From the IMG/VR virus record IMGVR_UViG_3300005330_000015, positions 1-64,000 of that record: DNA of 64,000 bases, one strand, 5' to 3'. This DNA comes from a virus. Its lineage: Duplodnaviria > Caudoviricetes. This document shows, in pieces, positions 10,527 to 21,635 of the stretch. Below the pieces are notes generated by a model that worked only from the letters and a program-made list of their open reading frames with translations, was not told the DNA's origin and made no database searches. Position 1 is the stretch's first letter, and the number at the start of each line of letters is the position of its first letter. A program made the position numbers and the translations under genes.

Positions 10527-12164
10527 TCAACGTAGGCCAAGCCAGCGCCGTTTCGCGGGCTTCACGTTTGGTCGCGCGTTGACGTTGCCGGCCTGTCCTG
10601 GTCGTGCGGCAGCGGGGGCATCGGGCGTTGGCGTGACGCCGGATGGCTTGACTGGAGCGCCGGCTGGAGGCCCAGACGGCAGTCCTTGTCCTGGCAGTGG
10701 TTCACCATTAGGCCCTAGCCTAACCTCCATGCCACGCGGCAAATAGAGTTCGGTCTCGTCTTCCTCCGGTGCATCCGGCAGATCGAGTCGCGAACGCATG
10801 ACGTTAATCGCCTTATCCTTGGGGTTGAGCGCGGCCTGTGCCATGGTCATCAGCGTTCGCGCTGCATCAAGCACCGCGCCGGTGATGACCGGGTCGCACG
10901 TGATGAGCGGCGTGTCGGTCTCCGGATCGAGCCCGTTGAGTGCGATGAGCCGCGTTGCGACATCCCGGCGCATGTCGTCGGCGAGGTCGGTCAGCGCGCT
11001 GTTGACCAGCTTGCCGGCCATCGCGGTCTTGTCCTCGTGCATCGCATCCGAGCCCGAGCCGACGTCACCTAATAGCATCCACTCGGAGGCCATGATGCGC
11101 GCAATGTCGCGGGTCTCGCGCGCGATGGCCGCACCAACTTCGGCCTGTCCGGTACCGCCGCCGGAGACGAGCTCGAAGTCCCACTCGCGCGCGCCGCTTG
11201 GCGCCTGCGCGGTGTCCTTGTTCTCATACATCCGGCTGTCGAGCGCCAATCCCTGTTCGGGGTTCTTGTTTTTGAACGACAGGAACTCCTGGATAAATCC
11301 GGCCTTATCGTGGACATATGCCTTGATGTCCGCATCCGTCTTCGCTCCTGCCGCCTTGGCGTCGGCCATGAGACGCGAGAACGGCACGCGAGCTAGCGGG
11401 ATCCCGCGGAGCTCGGTCTGGAATCCGATTAGCTCCCACTTCCGGTACAGCTCGAGCACGCGCGCCGACTCGGCCGCGGCACGCAGCATCCCGATGCCCT
11501 CCGGGCCTCCTCCGATCACGTTGCTCACGCTGTACCAGAGGCGTTCGCGCGGGATGTACGGCGTCGCTCCTGTGCGCGAGAGCTGTTGCACGCCCTTCCA
11601 CTCGCTCTGCTCGTCGGGCTTATTCCATCTCCAGATGGTCCACTGCGGACGGTGCAGCAGGTCAGCGGCGATCACCATCCCATCGCTGCGGCGCCGGATA
11701 ACGAGCTCATGTAGCGAGAAGCCGCGGAACTTTTTTCCGAACAGCTGGCGCCGCACCGATGAGCGCCACGGCTCGGACATCTGCGCCTCGAACAACCCTT
11801 CGGTGACGACGTCGACCGCACGTTGTCCGGCCTTGGCACTAGCGCGCGGATTGGGCGAGGCCCGCCACTTTGCCGAGCCGCCAAGCTCGGTCCAGAAGTT
11901 GATCGCGGCCGGCACGATGGCGCATCCGAAGATGATATTGTCCTGCGTGACATACTTCTCGACGCCGATCAGCTTCTGATCGCGCTCACCGTAGAAAACG
12001 AACCCGCCATAGGTCGTCACGCCGTCAGAGCCGGCTACCTTTGTCGGCCCCGGCACAGGTCCGGGCGTGAATCCGCCTCCAGCGCCAGGCACCGGCGGCG
12101 CGACCTTGGCCACCTCGTCAATAGGCGCTGCTGCGTCGGAACGTCGAGACCATGGCCATCGCAC
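10527..12164 (-). CDS. Portal protein (DUF935 / Mu gp29-like)
   Basis: 545 aa; GFSLHE, GPEGIGMLR, Pro-rich tail; downstream of terL on the same strand. Confidence 0.85.
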   Translation of the reverse strand: MRWPWSRRSDAAAPIDEVAKVAPPVPGAGGGFTPGPVPGPTKVAGSDGVTTYGGFVFYGERDQKLIGVEKYVTQDNIIFGCAIVPAAINFWTELGGSAKWRASPNPRASAKAGQRAVDVVTEGLFEAQMSEPWRSSVRRQLFGKKFRGFSLHELVIRRRSDGMVIAADLLHRPQWTIWRWNKPDEQSEWKGVQQLSRTGATPYIPRERLWYSVSNVIGGGPEGIGMLRAAAESARVLELYRKWELIGFQTELRGIPLARVPFSRLMADAKAAGAKTDADIKAYVHDKAGFIQEFLSFKNKNPEQGLALDSRMYENKDTAQAPSGAREWDFELVSGGGTGQAEVGAAIARETRDIARIMASEWMLLGDVGSGSDAMHEDKTAMAGKLVNSALTDLADDMRRDVATRLIALNGLDPETDTPLITCDPVITGAVLDAARTLMTMAQAALNPKDKAINVMRSRLDLPDAPEEDETELYLPRGMEVRLGPNGEPLPGQGLPSGPPAGAPVKPSGVTPTPDAPAAARPGQAGNVNARPNVKPAKRRWLGLR

Positions 12165-12193
12165 GCCCTACCGTCGCGTGTTGACGCGGTCGG
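12165..12193 (-). promoter_or_regulatory. Portal upstream motif CGCGTCAACACGCGACGGT-N5-GTG
   Basis: 17/19 match to the terL upstream motif at identical spacing. Confidence 0.55.
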
Positions 12194-12264
12194 GGCGAGA
12201 CATGATCATATCCTACGGTGTTTTCTTGCGCATCCTACACGCTAACCTGTTAGCCTCCGACCAC

Positions 12265-12675
12265 ATGGCAACCAAACTTGAGACTGCCCTCGCCAGGGCG
12301 CAGAACGACATCCCGGAATGCGTCGCATCGGGCTGCGTCGACATGTCGACCGGACTTTTGATCGGCGTGAAGACCACCGACTCGCACCCCAGCGACGTCC
12401 TGGACCTAGTCGCAGCGGCGACGGCTGACATGTTCCAAGGCCCGAGTGTCTCAACCATCGAGCAGATGTTTCGGCGCGTGCGAGGCGTGCCCGAGGATGG
12501 GTCGCACTACTTCCGCGAGATCATCGCGCTCAGCACGAACCTACTGCACGTGTTCCTTCGCATGCCGCGTAAGACGGACCATGCTGTGGTGTTCGTCTGC
12601 CGAGTCTCAGCCAACCTTGGCATGGTGACCGCCAAGGCTCGCATGGCCGTTACCGCGATCGAGGCCGCCCTGTAA
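12265..12675 (+). CDS. Roadblock/LC7-like protein
   Basis: 136 aa; IPEC.A.G.VDM.TG.L, FREII..S.NLLH.F, ANLGMV pattern; start at ATG 12265. Confidence 0.75.
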   Translation: MATKLETALARAQNDIPECVASGCVDMSTGLLIGVKTTDSHPSDVLDLVAAATADMFQGPSVSTIEQMFRRVRGVPEDGSHYFREIIALSTNLLHVFLRMPRKTDHAVVFVCRVSANLGMVTAKARMAVTAIEAAL

Positions 12676-12676
12676 C

Positions 12677-12862
12677 GTGACCAAGCTAGCGAGCGATGCC
12701 GAGCGGGCTGTCGCCGCACTGGTCGCAGCCGAGCTCGCCCGCCACCTTCGCTTGCCGGTCACGCGGGCGAGGCTCCGCACGGAGTGCCCGGACATCGAGC
12801 CGGCCGTGATCAACACGGTGATCGACCGGTATATCGCCATCCTTGCGCGGAAATCTTCGTGA
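12677..12862 (+). CDS. Small hypothetical protein
   Basis: Starts 1 nt after the roadblock stop. Confidence 0.5.
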   Translation: MTKLASDAERAVAALVAAELARHLRLPVTRARLRTECPDIEPAVINTVIDRYIAILARKSS

Positions 12863-12932
12863 TGCCTGCCGGGATCGAACCAGCGACGCGCGGGATGTAA
12901 ACCCGCTGCTCTACCGACTGAGCTAAGGCATC
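12860..12932 (-). tRNA. tRNA-Val (anticodon UAC), CCA not encoded
   Basis: GATGCCT/AGGCATC acceptor stem, GCTC/GAGC D stem, GCGGG-TTTACAT-CCCGC anticodon arm, TTCGATC T loop, discriminator A. Confidence 0.95.
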
Positions 12933-15900
12933 ATCATTGGCGGGCGATCTCGCTCCCACTTTTCGCGCCGCATGCGTAACTCGAACGCCCGCGCCGTGTC
13001 GCCACACGCCTCGGCAAGCGACTCTCCGACGCGGTACGCGCCAATGATCCAGGCACGGCAGTGTGGTAGGCCGGGGCACCCACCGATGCCAAGGTGATAC
13101 TCCGAGCACCAGTCATCCTCGTGCTGATGCATGGCAGGCACAGGGACCACGCGGCAGGCAAGCGGTCGCGTCGGTGAATGGAGAAGTTCGAACGCAACCG
13201 TATCCCTATCGCGTTCAAGGAACTGCATGTGGCGTTGGGCACAGTCACATGGGCGCTCGATCATTTCACGATCCTGATGTTAGGAGGAAGCGCCTTGGCC
13301 GTCGGTGGCGCTTCGACGATCCGCATATCAAGGGCCTCGTCGATGATCGCGTGGTACCTGATCTCATCAAGCCAGCGTCGGCTGCCGGTCGCTAACCAGC
13401 CAGCGTACCGCCGTGTGCCCTTGCCCTCTTCGTACCATTCGAGCTCGACGAGAGCCTCGCGCGCGCCGAATAGCCGCGCTAACCACGACGGCACGAGTCT
13501 CACCGTTGCGCGATCTCCATCGTGCTGAACTAGCACCGCCCTCATGCTTCCCACTTAGGAACGATGGCTAACCCGGTCTGCTCCTGCGTCGTCGCGCGCA
13601 TGCGCTGGAAGCAATCATCGCATAGGATGCGGCGCCAGATTACAACGCCTTCGCGTCGCACGGTCACCGGGCTGCCAAACGCACCGCACGCGCATCGTTC
13701 GTGTCCGATCATAAGACCTCCGATTCTCGGGCAATTGCCTCGTTAATCGCTGCCGCGAGCACATCCTCAGAAGGCCCGGGATCGGATAGATGCCGATGCG
13801 CGGCCTGTCCAATAAGACGCCACGTGGTAACGAACGCCTCCCATCCATCATCCATATACGTCAACGTCTTCGAGTAGGTCGTCGATGGCAACACTCACGG
13901 GAGCCTCAATGGCTTGCGCACACCGCCCAGCCACCGCCATAGCGGGCCCGCGGACATCCCGTCGCGAAACCCTTTCCACCACGCTTTCCCGCGCGTCATC
14001 GGAGCGGGCGCACACTCGTCGCACACTGTGATTCCATCACGCTCATGCTCGAGCGCGAGCGTCGATCCGTCGGTGAACCAGAACAGCACCATGTTAACGG
14101 CACGCGCATCGACACGGGCCACGGTCTTGCCCTCGAAGTCGCTAGGTTTGATGTCTCGGTGGCTCACATGATCCCCTATTGGCTAGAGTTGATTTGATTC
14201 CACGGTATAGCTGGAGCTTCATGTACTCGCGCAGCTCGATAAAGTCGCCTGCCGCTGTCGCCGCCGCTACCTCGATAAGCACATCGATCGCCGCGATGAT
14301 GACCGCGGCCGGCCGAACGGCTGCCACCTTTGCGATGTCAACCTGCACCGCTGCTATCTGCCGGCGCGTATCGTCGCTCATCGACGCACACACTTGAGGG
14401 CCTTAAGATACCGCCGGCATGCCGCACTATGCGCCTTGTCAGCCTTAGTGATCGCATTATAGTCGCGATGTTCACGCGGCTTCGCGATCAGTTTCGTGAG
14501 CGCCTTGTCGGTGTCGTGATACGCGATGGCAGCTACCGCAATCTCAAGCAGCCCCGGAGCCCACTCATGGACGAACGTCTGTGCACATGGATTACATAGC
14601 GCAGTCGGCTCCATGCCTATCGGAATTACGAACGGCTCGCGACAACACGCGCACACTGGACCGTCATCGACTAGTTCATCGCGCGAAGGAGCAATCGTCA
14701 TGCGCGTCAGCGCGGTTAAGCTTAGCGCGTCGCTCACGGGCGCACCTTGGCCAGCGCAGCATGGTAGGCGAGCGCCGCGCGCAGCGCTGAACAGTTATCG
14801 TCGCAGCGCGACTCGCCATCGCAGTCACATGCCGTCGACTGCTCGGCCAGCGCTGCCGCGGCGATCTCCAGGAGAATAGGTGCCGCGTTCCGAAGATCAA
14901 CAACACCATGCCCATCCTCTGGACGGTTGCGTGCACCGAGCAACAACACCTCGACCTCATCGAGGCTGTTGTCCGTACTATCGATCCAACCACGCGATTC
15001 ATAGCGCCACGGACCAACCGTCAGATCGCGCTCGACTTGCTGCAGTTCTGAGATGCTGAACTTATCGTCGCTCATAGTCTCGCTCTTCCTCGCCATGCAC
15101 GGGGCACGCGGAATCGCCTACCTCTTGGTGACACGCGCATCCGTATTCTCTCATCTCGTCTTCACCATACCAGCAACCTCAAGCAGAGCGCTAGCCTCAG
15201 CTTCGCCTCGTTTCATGCCGCCATCGAACTCGCGCATCGCAGCCCGCTCGATGAATAGCTCGAGCACATCGTGAAACGCTCGGCCCGTGTGCTTGGCGAT
15301 GGCCACGAGCTTATCGCGTCTGGCCGTAGTCATCCGCGTCACGCCTAGGCTCCCATCATACTCGATGTAGTGCCAGACCGCGCCGCATTGGCACGGTAGC
15401 GCTTGGACCGAAGATGGTGCGCGTCGACATGGATGCTTGTCACCATCACAGAGCATGACGTCGTCCAGGGAAGGCGCTCGTTGTTTGCCGCAGCCCGGAG
15501 TAGCTGCCCCGGCGGACCACAGACGCCAGGCAACGAACGCCCTCTCTGCACCACGTCATGGCCTGCGGACCTTAAGGCGACGCCAGTACGTCGCGGTGCG
15601 GTCTTCACTAGCAAGTCGCTGATGTCCATCATTGCCGCGATCTTGGTTAATCACCCAGCCATGGCCGTATGGCTCCGGGGTATCTTCCCCGTACGTGGTG
15701 ACGTATTCGAAATCTGGGTGCTCACAAATTCTGTGTAACCGTCGCTGCGATACCCCAGTCGTATTATGCTTCTCCGGTACATGCGCGGATGGACCGGAGG
15801 ATGCCGCGAGCGCCAAGTACATTTCCGCGAACTTTAGCGCGCGGTCGTCGCTCACGTCCGCAAGGCGCGTGACCGTATTTAGGAGCGCTGTAAGCGCCCT

Positions 15901-16356
15901 GTCTATAGTGTTCATAGATTCGCTCGGCTCATAGTGGATTTTCCGGCCCATCTAGACGCCATCCGGCTTGGGTTGCGATGCCCTGAAATCCATCGTCGGC
16001 TCGAGACGATCGATGACATCCTTGAGCGCGGCCTCGTATGCGAACCCCATCGTGCCCTGCAGCGCTTTGACATGCCGGATGCACGCGGCCACGCCCGCCC
16101 GCCAGCCTTCAGTGCGCGCGAGTAGCTTAGTATCCAGCTCAAACATCTGCTCGAACACCTGATGCTGCGTATCTGCTCGATTCAATGGGTGCTCGTCGTT
16201 CCAATCAACCTCACGCGTCTCCGTCGAGAATACCTGCGGCATCAGACAACGGTTCGGGTAGCGCTGGCCTTCAAGCACAGACTTGACGCCATTGGCGCCA
16301 AGATCGTCGTGATCAACCGCGAATAACACTACCTTATGAACCTTCGCCTTACTCAT
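12923..16356 (-). other. Run of about 10 small hypothetical CDSs, including Ead/Ea22-like 14734-15096
   Basis: Packed minus-strand ORFs; 14734-15096 has the T.GPW...LRNAAPILL pattern. Confidence 0.65.
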
Positions 16357-16528
16357 CTTGCTCTCCTTCGTCGGCATCGCACGCTCGGTCGAGCAACCGC
16401 ACACCAACCACGCCAACAAGGAACGCCGCACACATTCCGCAGACCCACCCCGCGACCGTGTTAGGCAGCGCGCTAACTGCGTAGCCGGCCGCGAACACCC
16501 CAATGAAGACCATGCCACGCCTGTCTAT

Positions 16529-17122
16529 CTACGCCGATGCCCCATCGTTGTCAGGGGTTTGCTCCGCCGAGCAGTCCTCGCACGGACCATCGAACATGAG
16601 TGCATGTCTTCCGTCGTCGCAGGTGAGCTGAGAGCCCGCCTGCAGATCGAACCCGGCAGCTTCCTCTGCCGTTGCCTGAGCAACATCGTTAACCACAACG
16701 TGAGTATGGCCGGTATCGCGGCCTGTCGAGGCATCCGCGCGCGCTATTAACGTGACACCACTTCCTCCACCACCGCCACCTTCGAGCCTGAGAAGTCGCG
16801 CGCGGAGAGCATCGCGCTCGGCCGTGAGCTCGGCGATGCGCGCGTTGGCCTCGCCCATGAGTCGCGCATGCTCGGGATACATGGTTATGGCGCGGCGCGT
16901 GAAATCGGACACCGTCCACTTGACGCCCGTTGCCTTATACTCAGCGGCGACGCCGGACTTGATGACCGCAAGGTCATGCTCGGAGGCGCGGAACTGCACC
17001 GTCTGGCGAGGCTCCGCTGACGCAGTTGACTTGGGTTGTTTCGTTACTCTCATCTGCTGTGCCTTCGGATTCGGCAGGCGCGGCTGCCGTGCCCTCTTAG
17101 TCCTCATGCTGGTACGTTTCAT
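16529..17122 (-). CDS. Protein with ribbon-helix-helix-like DNA-binding domain plus coiled coil
   Basis: TVQFRASEHDLAVIK...TVSDFTRRAI. Confidence 0.6.
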   Translation of the reverse strand: MKRTSMRTKRARQPRLPNPKAQQMRVTKQPKSTASAEPRQTVQFRASEHDLAVIKSGVAAEYKATGVKWTVSDFTRRAITMYPEHARLMGEANARIAELTAERDALRARLLRLEGGGGGGSGVTLIARADASTGRDTGHTHVVVNDVAQATAEEAAGFDLQAGSQLTCDDGRHALMFDGPCEDCSAEQTPDNDGASA

Positions 17123-17128
17123 GCCTGC

Positions 17129-17158
17129 ACGATGGCCGATTATGATGACCGTGTCAAC
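17129..17158 (-). promoter_or_regulatory. Palindrome variant GTTGAC-ACG-GTCAT with promoter
   Basis: TTGACA-17-CATCGT-6-ATG(17122). Confidence 0.7.
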
Positions 17159-17164
17159 TCATGG

Positions 17165-17431
17165 TTACGGCGCCTCTGGCCCGCCAGACCATGGCTCGGT
17201 GTTGCGTGCTTGGTTGCACCGTCGATGCGCAAGCTGAAGGTTGTCGATATGGTCGGTGCCGCCTCGCGATTTTGGGACCCTGTGGTCGATGGTCACCGCA
17301 TCCGGATCGGTGCCTGGATCGGCGCTTCTCTTCATGGGGTAACAGCAGATGGCGCACGTCAACCCATAGCGTCGGATCAGAGCACGGCGAAGCGCCCAGC
17401 TCGAATTCCGTTTACGCTTTCGTCGCCGCAT
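17165..17431 (-). CDS. HNH endonuclease
   Basis: CAIC, TIDHRVPKSRGG, NLQLAHRRCN. Confidence 0.9.
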   Translation of the reverse strand: MRRRKRKRNSSWALRRALIRRYGLTCAICCYPMKRSADPGTDPDAVTIDHRVPKSRGGTDHIDNLQLAHRRCNQARNTEPWSGGPEAP

Positions 17432-18238
17432 AGCTAGCGTCCCGCAACGCAGCCGACCGACGAGTCAGTGCCGCATGCCGCGCACGCGAGCTCATGCTGA
17501 CCGTGATGATCCTGCCAAATCTTCTCCCACTCATCAGGCGCGCTCGCAGCTCGTGCGGAGGCCTCGGCGACAAGGAACGCCTCCTGAGCGTCGATGAAAG
17601 CCTTCAGCTGCGGAAGGAAAGCGCCCGTATGCGGGGCCGGCGTCTTGAACTGACGCAACTGCTTGCGTAGGCGCTTGGCTAACGAGAGCACGAACTCGCC
17701 GGGCATTTGATGCGCGAGCAGCTTGACCGGTGGCGCTGGATACAGTGGTTGGATCGGTAGCGCACCGGAGCGTTGCAAGTTAGCGACGTGCTCGGCCATG
17801 CCACGTGCCTTACGCCGGTCCGCATCGGACTTCGCCTTCCGCGCCTCGTCGATGTTGAGCCGCTTGATCCACTCATTTACGTTGCGCAACTCGGCGACAA
17901 CTCCTTCGCGCCGCTTGCCGGCCGGCGTGTCGAGTGGCGCCTGGCCGATGGTGTTAAGCGCGGCGATCAGTTCAAGGCGACGTGCGGTGAGTGCCTCCTT
18001 GGTCATGACAGCCTCCTGAGATGAGCGATCTCTTCGTCGATTTCTTGCGTCGTCAGCACGAGGTCGTCCCATGTCCCGCGCGCCTTGCGAATCTCGGCGG
18101 TCATGCGCAGCACCTGACGCGCGTGCGGCATGTCGTCCACAACGCGGTCGATCAGCACGCGCACGGCCTGCAGTTCGAGCATGGCGATTTCTCGCTGTGT
18201 GAGGGGAGCGTTAGCGAGCGCTGCAAGCTCAAGTTCGG

Positions 18239-19150
18239 TCACGACGTACGTCCGATCTGGGCGCGCAGCCATTCCTTGAACAGCGCCGCAGTTCGCTTGC
18301 CGATGGCAGCGGTGGCATCCCGGCTTTCTACCACCTCGCCGGCCGCCTCACGGTAGACGTCGACAACCATCGCCTTGATGACGTGCGGCGTATGCTTCAT
18401 GTCGAGCTTGATGAACCCGACGTGCATCCCTGATGGATCAAGCGAAGGCAGCAGCTTATCCATGATGTGAGCGAGCCGCATCGGCGTGACCCACTCTTGC
18501 GCTATTGCCTGCGCCTCTGCAAGCACCGCGAGCTTTTCGGGATCCACCACCTTCTGCGGTGTGGCGCGCTCGGAGAAAGCGTCGCACTTGTGCTTGGCGA
18601 TGATACGGTCACCGTTATTGAGCGTGACCTCGATCAGCGGTCGAAGCACAACGCCTTCGCGCACCTTATCATCGCCGCATCCACGACGCATTGCGACAAT
18701 GCTAGGTGCATCGCGCTCTCGGTCGAGCTCCATTATATCGGTTGACGTCTCGACGTACGGCACAAACTCGATACCAAGCCCAGTGGCAACCTGTTCCGCA
18801 TCACGAACCGATAGCCAGTGGTCGCCGATCTTGACGTCAAAGGCGATGAAGCGCAGTTCGTCACCATAGACCGCGCGCATGCCTTGCTGCTTGCCGCCGT
18901 ATGCCTCGCCGTAGACCGTGACCTTCGCATGGCCAAGGGCCGCGAGTCGCTCTTTGAGCGTGTCGGCATCGAACAGCGAGACGAACCGCTCATGGTTTTC
19001 TCCGCCCGCGAAGAAGATGAGCTGAGGGTTGCGGTCGGCGCGAAACGAGACGTGCGCGCTGGTTCCGTGCACCTTCTCGAGCGCGAAGCACCGGCGGAAC
19101 ATCAGGACCGTCTGGTTCCTGTACAGGTTGTCGATGGAAATATATCCCAC
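18239..19150 (-). CDS. RNA ligase (Rnl2-like nucleotidyltransferase)
   Basis: Motifs EKVHG, YGEAYG, FIAFDV, EGVVLR, IAKHK; true start probably GTG 19150 (MGYISIDNLY). Confidence 0.85.
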   Translation of the reverse strand: MGYISIDNLYRNQTVLMFRRCFALEKVHGTSAHVSFRADRNPQLIFFAGGENHERFVSLFDADTLKERLAALGHAKVTVYGEAYGGKQQGMRAVYGDELRFIAFDVKIGDHWLSVRDAEQVATGLGIEFVPYVETSTDIMELDRERDAPSIVAMRRGCGDDKVREGVVLRPLIEVTLNNGDRIIAKHKCDAFSERATPQKVVDPEKLAVLAEAQAIAQEWVTPMRLAHIMDKLLPSLDPSGMHVGFIKLDMKHTPHVIKAMVVDVYREAAGEVVESRDATAAIGKRTAALFKEWLRAQIGRTS

Positions 19151-19156
19151 GCCACG

Positions 19157-19224
19157 ACCATACGACATCGCGTTGACCATGTCAACACGCTTGACTTCCA
19201 CCGAGACGTGAGCAAGATGGACGG
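19157..19224. promoter_or_regulatory. Divergent promoters around palindrome GTTGAC-CAT-GTCAAC (19172-19186)
   Basis: Minus: TTGACA-17-TATGGT-6-GTG(19150). Plus: TTGACT(19191)-16-CAAGAT-6-ATG(19225). Confidence 0.8.
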
Positions 19225-20173
19225 ATGAGGATCCTGTTCAGGCGACCTAATGGCGAAGTCGTCGAGGTGGTATGCGACCGCTTCCGTCTCGTATGCGGCA
19301 AGGACCGCTTCGAGCTTCGCGAAGAGGGTGAAGGTCTTTCCGTCCGTCTCGAGGAGCACGACGAGAAGCTGGGAACCGACCTCGCCGTGTTCCCCGTGAC
19401 CGGTAACGGCGTTCGCCTGACGGGAGGCGCGCGGTGACGCTCGACGTCGAGGATATCGCGAGTCTGCAAAGCAGCAGCGACGCGTTGTTCGCTACCGCGC
19501 GTGCCGGCACCATGCTCGCTAGCTTGTGCCGAGGCGCCATCCGTGGTTGTGACTCAACCACCGACCCAGGCGATCGCGTCAAGGCGATGCTTGCGAAGTT
19601 ATTGGAGATGGCAGGTTTCGAGACTACCGTAGACATCGCCGGTCCGATCATCGAAAACGCCATGCCATGCGCACGGCTATGTGAAGGATCGCTAGATGAC
19701 CGTCTTCGTGCGTGGCGCAATACGCAACCAGATATAGAACACTGCAGAGTGATCTACGATAGACATTCGCTTGGGATGGACCATGGCGACGAAACCGGTG
19801 CTATCGGAGGCGGAGAGACGCCAGAAGAGATGCGAGCCGCGGCTCGCGAGCTCCATACGCTAGCCTCATGGTTCGAGGTGAAGCCACGATGATCGATCGC
19901 GCCAAGCTCAAGCTCCGCAAGACCGACGTCAAACCGGTCACGTTCTGCCGTAACTGTGGCGACCGGTTCGATGCGAAAGAACGGCCTTGCCCAAGGCCGG
20001 CGGCGCCACTCGACCGCTGGCTCAAGGACTGCGGGCGCGGTGGCCACATATTCAACGTCATCGTGAAGCCGTGGGAGCGCTTCTCGCCAGTCGCGTGCGA
20101 CCTCTGCGATAGCATCGCGGTCTGGCGCCATCCCGACGGAGGTTATCGATGCCGGAAGTGTCCACGGCCATGA
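19225..20173 (+). other. Three hypothetical CDSs (19225-19437, 19434-19892, 19889-20173)
   Basis: 4-nt overlaps. Confidence 0.75.
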
Positions 20174-20397
20174 GCGACCTTCGCATCATCTTCCTAGACA
20201 TCGACGGCGTGCTCAACAACCCAGGCACGTACGCACCAACTGCACCTTGGCGTGGTGAGCTTGACAGAATCATCCGTGTTCCCATCGCTCCGGAATGCAT
20301 GCAGCGTCTCAACACGCTCACGGATGCTACCGGCGCAAAGGTCGTCATCAGCTCATCATGGCGTAGCGCATGGCCAACGCCGCGATCCGAACTGTGA
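20170..20397 (+). pseudogene. Truncated HAD phosphatase (Swiss-Army-Knife RNA-repair type)
   Basis: IIFLDIDGVLN and VVISSSWR present; ends at 75 aa without the later HAD motifs. Confidence 0.7.
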
Positions 20398-20457
20398 CCG
20401 TTGCCGCCGGCAGGAGTGCGGCAGACTCGCCTGGCAACATTGGACCGTCAGACTATT

Positions 20458-20493
20458 GTTGACAACGTCAACGTGATGCCGCATAATAGCTGC
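20458..20493 (+). promoter_or_regulatory. Palindrome GTTGAC-AAC-GTCAAC with promoter
   Basis: TTGACA-17-CATAAT-6-ATG(20494). Confidence 0.8.
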
Positions 20494-20862
20494 ATGCCCG
20501 ACAAGTTATCGAACGGTGACCGCGTTGTTTATCGAGCATTTGGTCGCTCGCGGCATGGCGTGATCAAACGGCTTGCCAAAGTCAGCGTTATCATCGCGTT
20601 CGATAACGGGGGCGATGAACGCGTAAATCTGGCACAGGTAGAACCTGAAACTATTGACGACGTCCGCGAACGCGATGCCAAAGTAGCGATAAAGGCATGG
20701 TGCGACGCTAGGCCAGAGCGTCACCATATCACTGTCAAAACTGACTGGCTTGGCAAGATCAACGGCGTCTCAGTCGACGCGAAGACCGCCGATGAGATGC
20801 GCGAGGCATCCGCCGAGCTGCTTGCGTTCGCGGCATGGTTCGAGAATAAGCCGGTCGTCTGA
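20494..20862 (+). CDS. SH3-like-barrel hypothetical protein, paralogue of 32535-32873
   Basis: GDRVV...DERV.L....ET.DDV..R and T..EMR.A...L...A.WFE.KP. Confidence 0.75.
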   Translation: MPDKLSNGDRVVYRAFGRSRHGVIKRLAKVSVIIAFDNGGDERVNLAQVEPETIDDVRERDAKVAIKAWCDARPERHHITVKTDWLGKINGVSVDAKTADEMREASAELLAFAAWFENKPVV

Positions 20863-21278
20863 CGCGTGACCTTCAGTAGATCTCGGCATATCGGAGCCAG
20901 ACCAAATGAAAACCACCTCCAACATTGAGGCCAGCCTCACCGCCATCCTTCCACCAGACGACGCTCCATTGCGCTGCCCGCGCTGCGGTCGCATTCCAGA
21001 GCTGCACGAGACCGCGCATCTCTCGTGGTTCGAGTGCCGCAAGTGGTTCGGCTTGCAGATCTGCACGAAGGGACCCGAGGTCTTCGAGGGCCGCCAAGAA
21101 GGTCAGTGGTCGCGAAGGTCCGCGGCATACGCGTGGAACCGGGTGATCATGCGGCACACGAACAGGAGACGCCGATGACGGCTTCCCGCGTTCGCGTGCT
21201 AAAGCCTGCACCGACGTTATGCCGTGAGGCCGACGCGCTGGTTGCTGCTAGTTGGGACGGCAAACAGGAGAAGTGGAC

Positions 21279-21635
21279 ATGAAACCTCGCAGGCAGTGTG
21301 CGAAGTGCCCATGGAAGGTGAGCACAAACCCGCATGACATTCCGTGGTACGACGTCAGGGCTCACGTTGACCTAGCGAAGACAATCGCAGAACCCGGTGA
21401 CCTTCGACCATCATGCGGTGGTATGGAGGTTATGACGTGCCACGAGACCACCGACAAGAAACCGCTACATTGCGTTGGATGGCTAGCCAATCAGCTCGGG
21501 CCCGGTAATAATCTCGCGCTCCGGTTGCGCGCGATCATTGGCGACATCGATGCTAACGTTCAGACGGTCGGACCGCAGCATCAGCGATTCGAAGACACCT
21601 TGCCGCGGTCGGCTAGAAAGCTAGGCGTGCGATGA
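21279..21635 (+). CDS. Cys/His protein (DUF6283-like)
   Basis: QCAKCPW, MTCHET, HCVGWL. Confidence 0.6.
   Translation: MKPRRQCAKCPWKVSTNPHDIPWYDVRAHVDLAKTIAEPGDLRPSCGGMEVMTCHETTDKKPLHCVGWLANQLGPGNNLALRLRAIIGDIDANVQTVGPQHQRFEDTLPRSARKLGVR

Noticed and set aside
10798-11979. Long antisense ORFs (e.g. 10798-11979, 7624-8688, 46551-47342)
   Set aside because: Ser/Arg/Ala-rich shadows opposite real genes, expected in high-GC DNA
12860-12932. tRNA as prophage attachment site
   Set aside because: Phage genes on both sides, no integrase and no duplicated 3' fragment seen in the window
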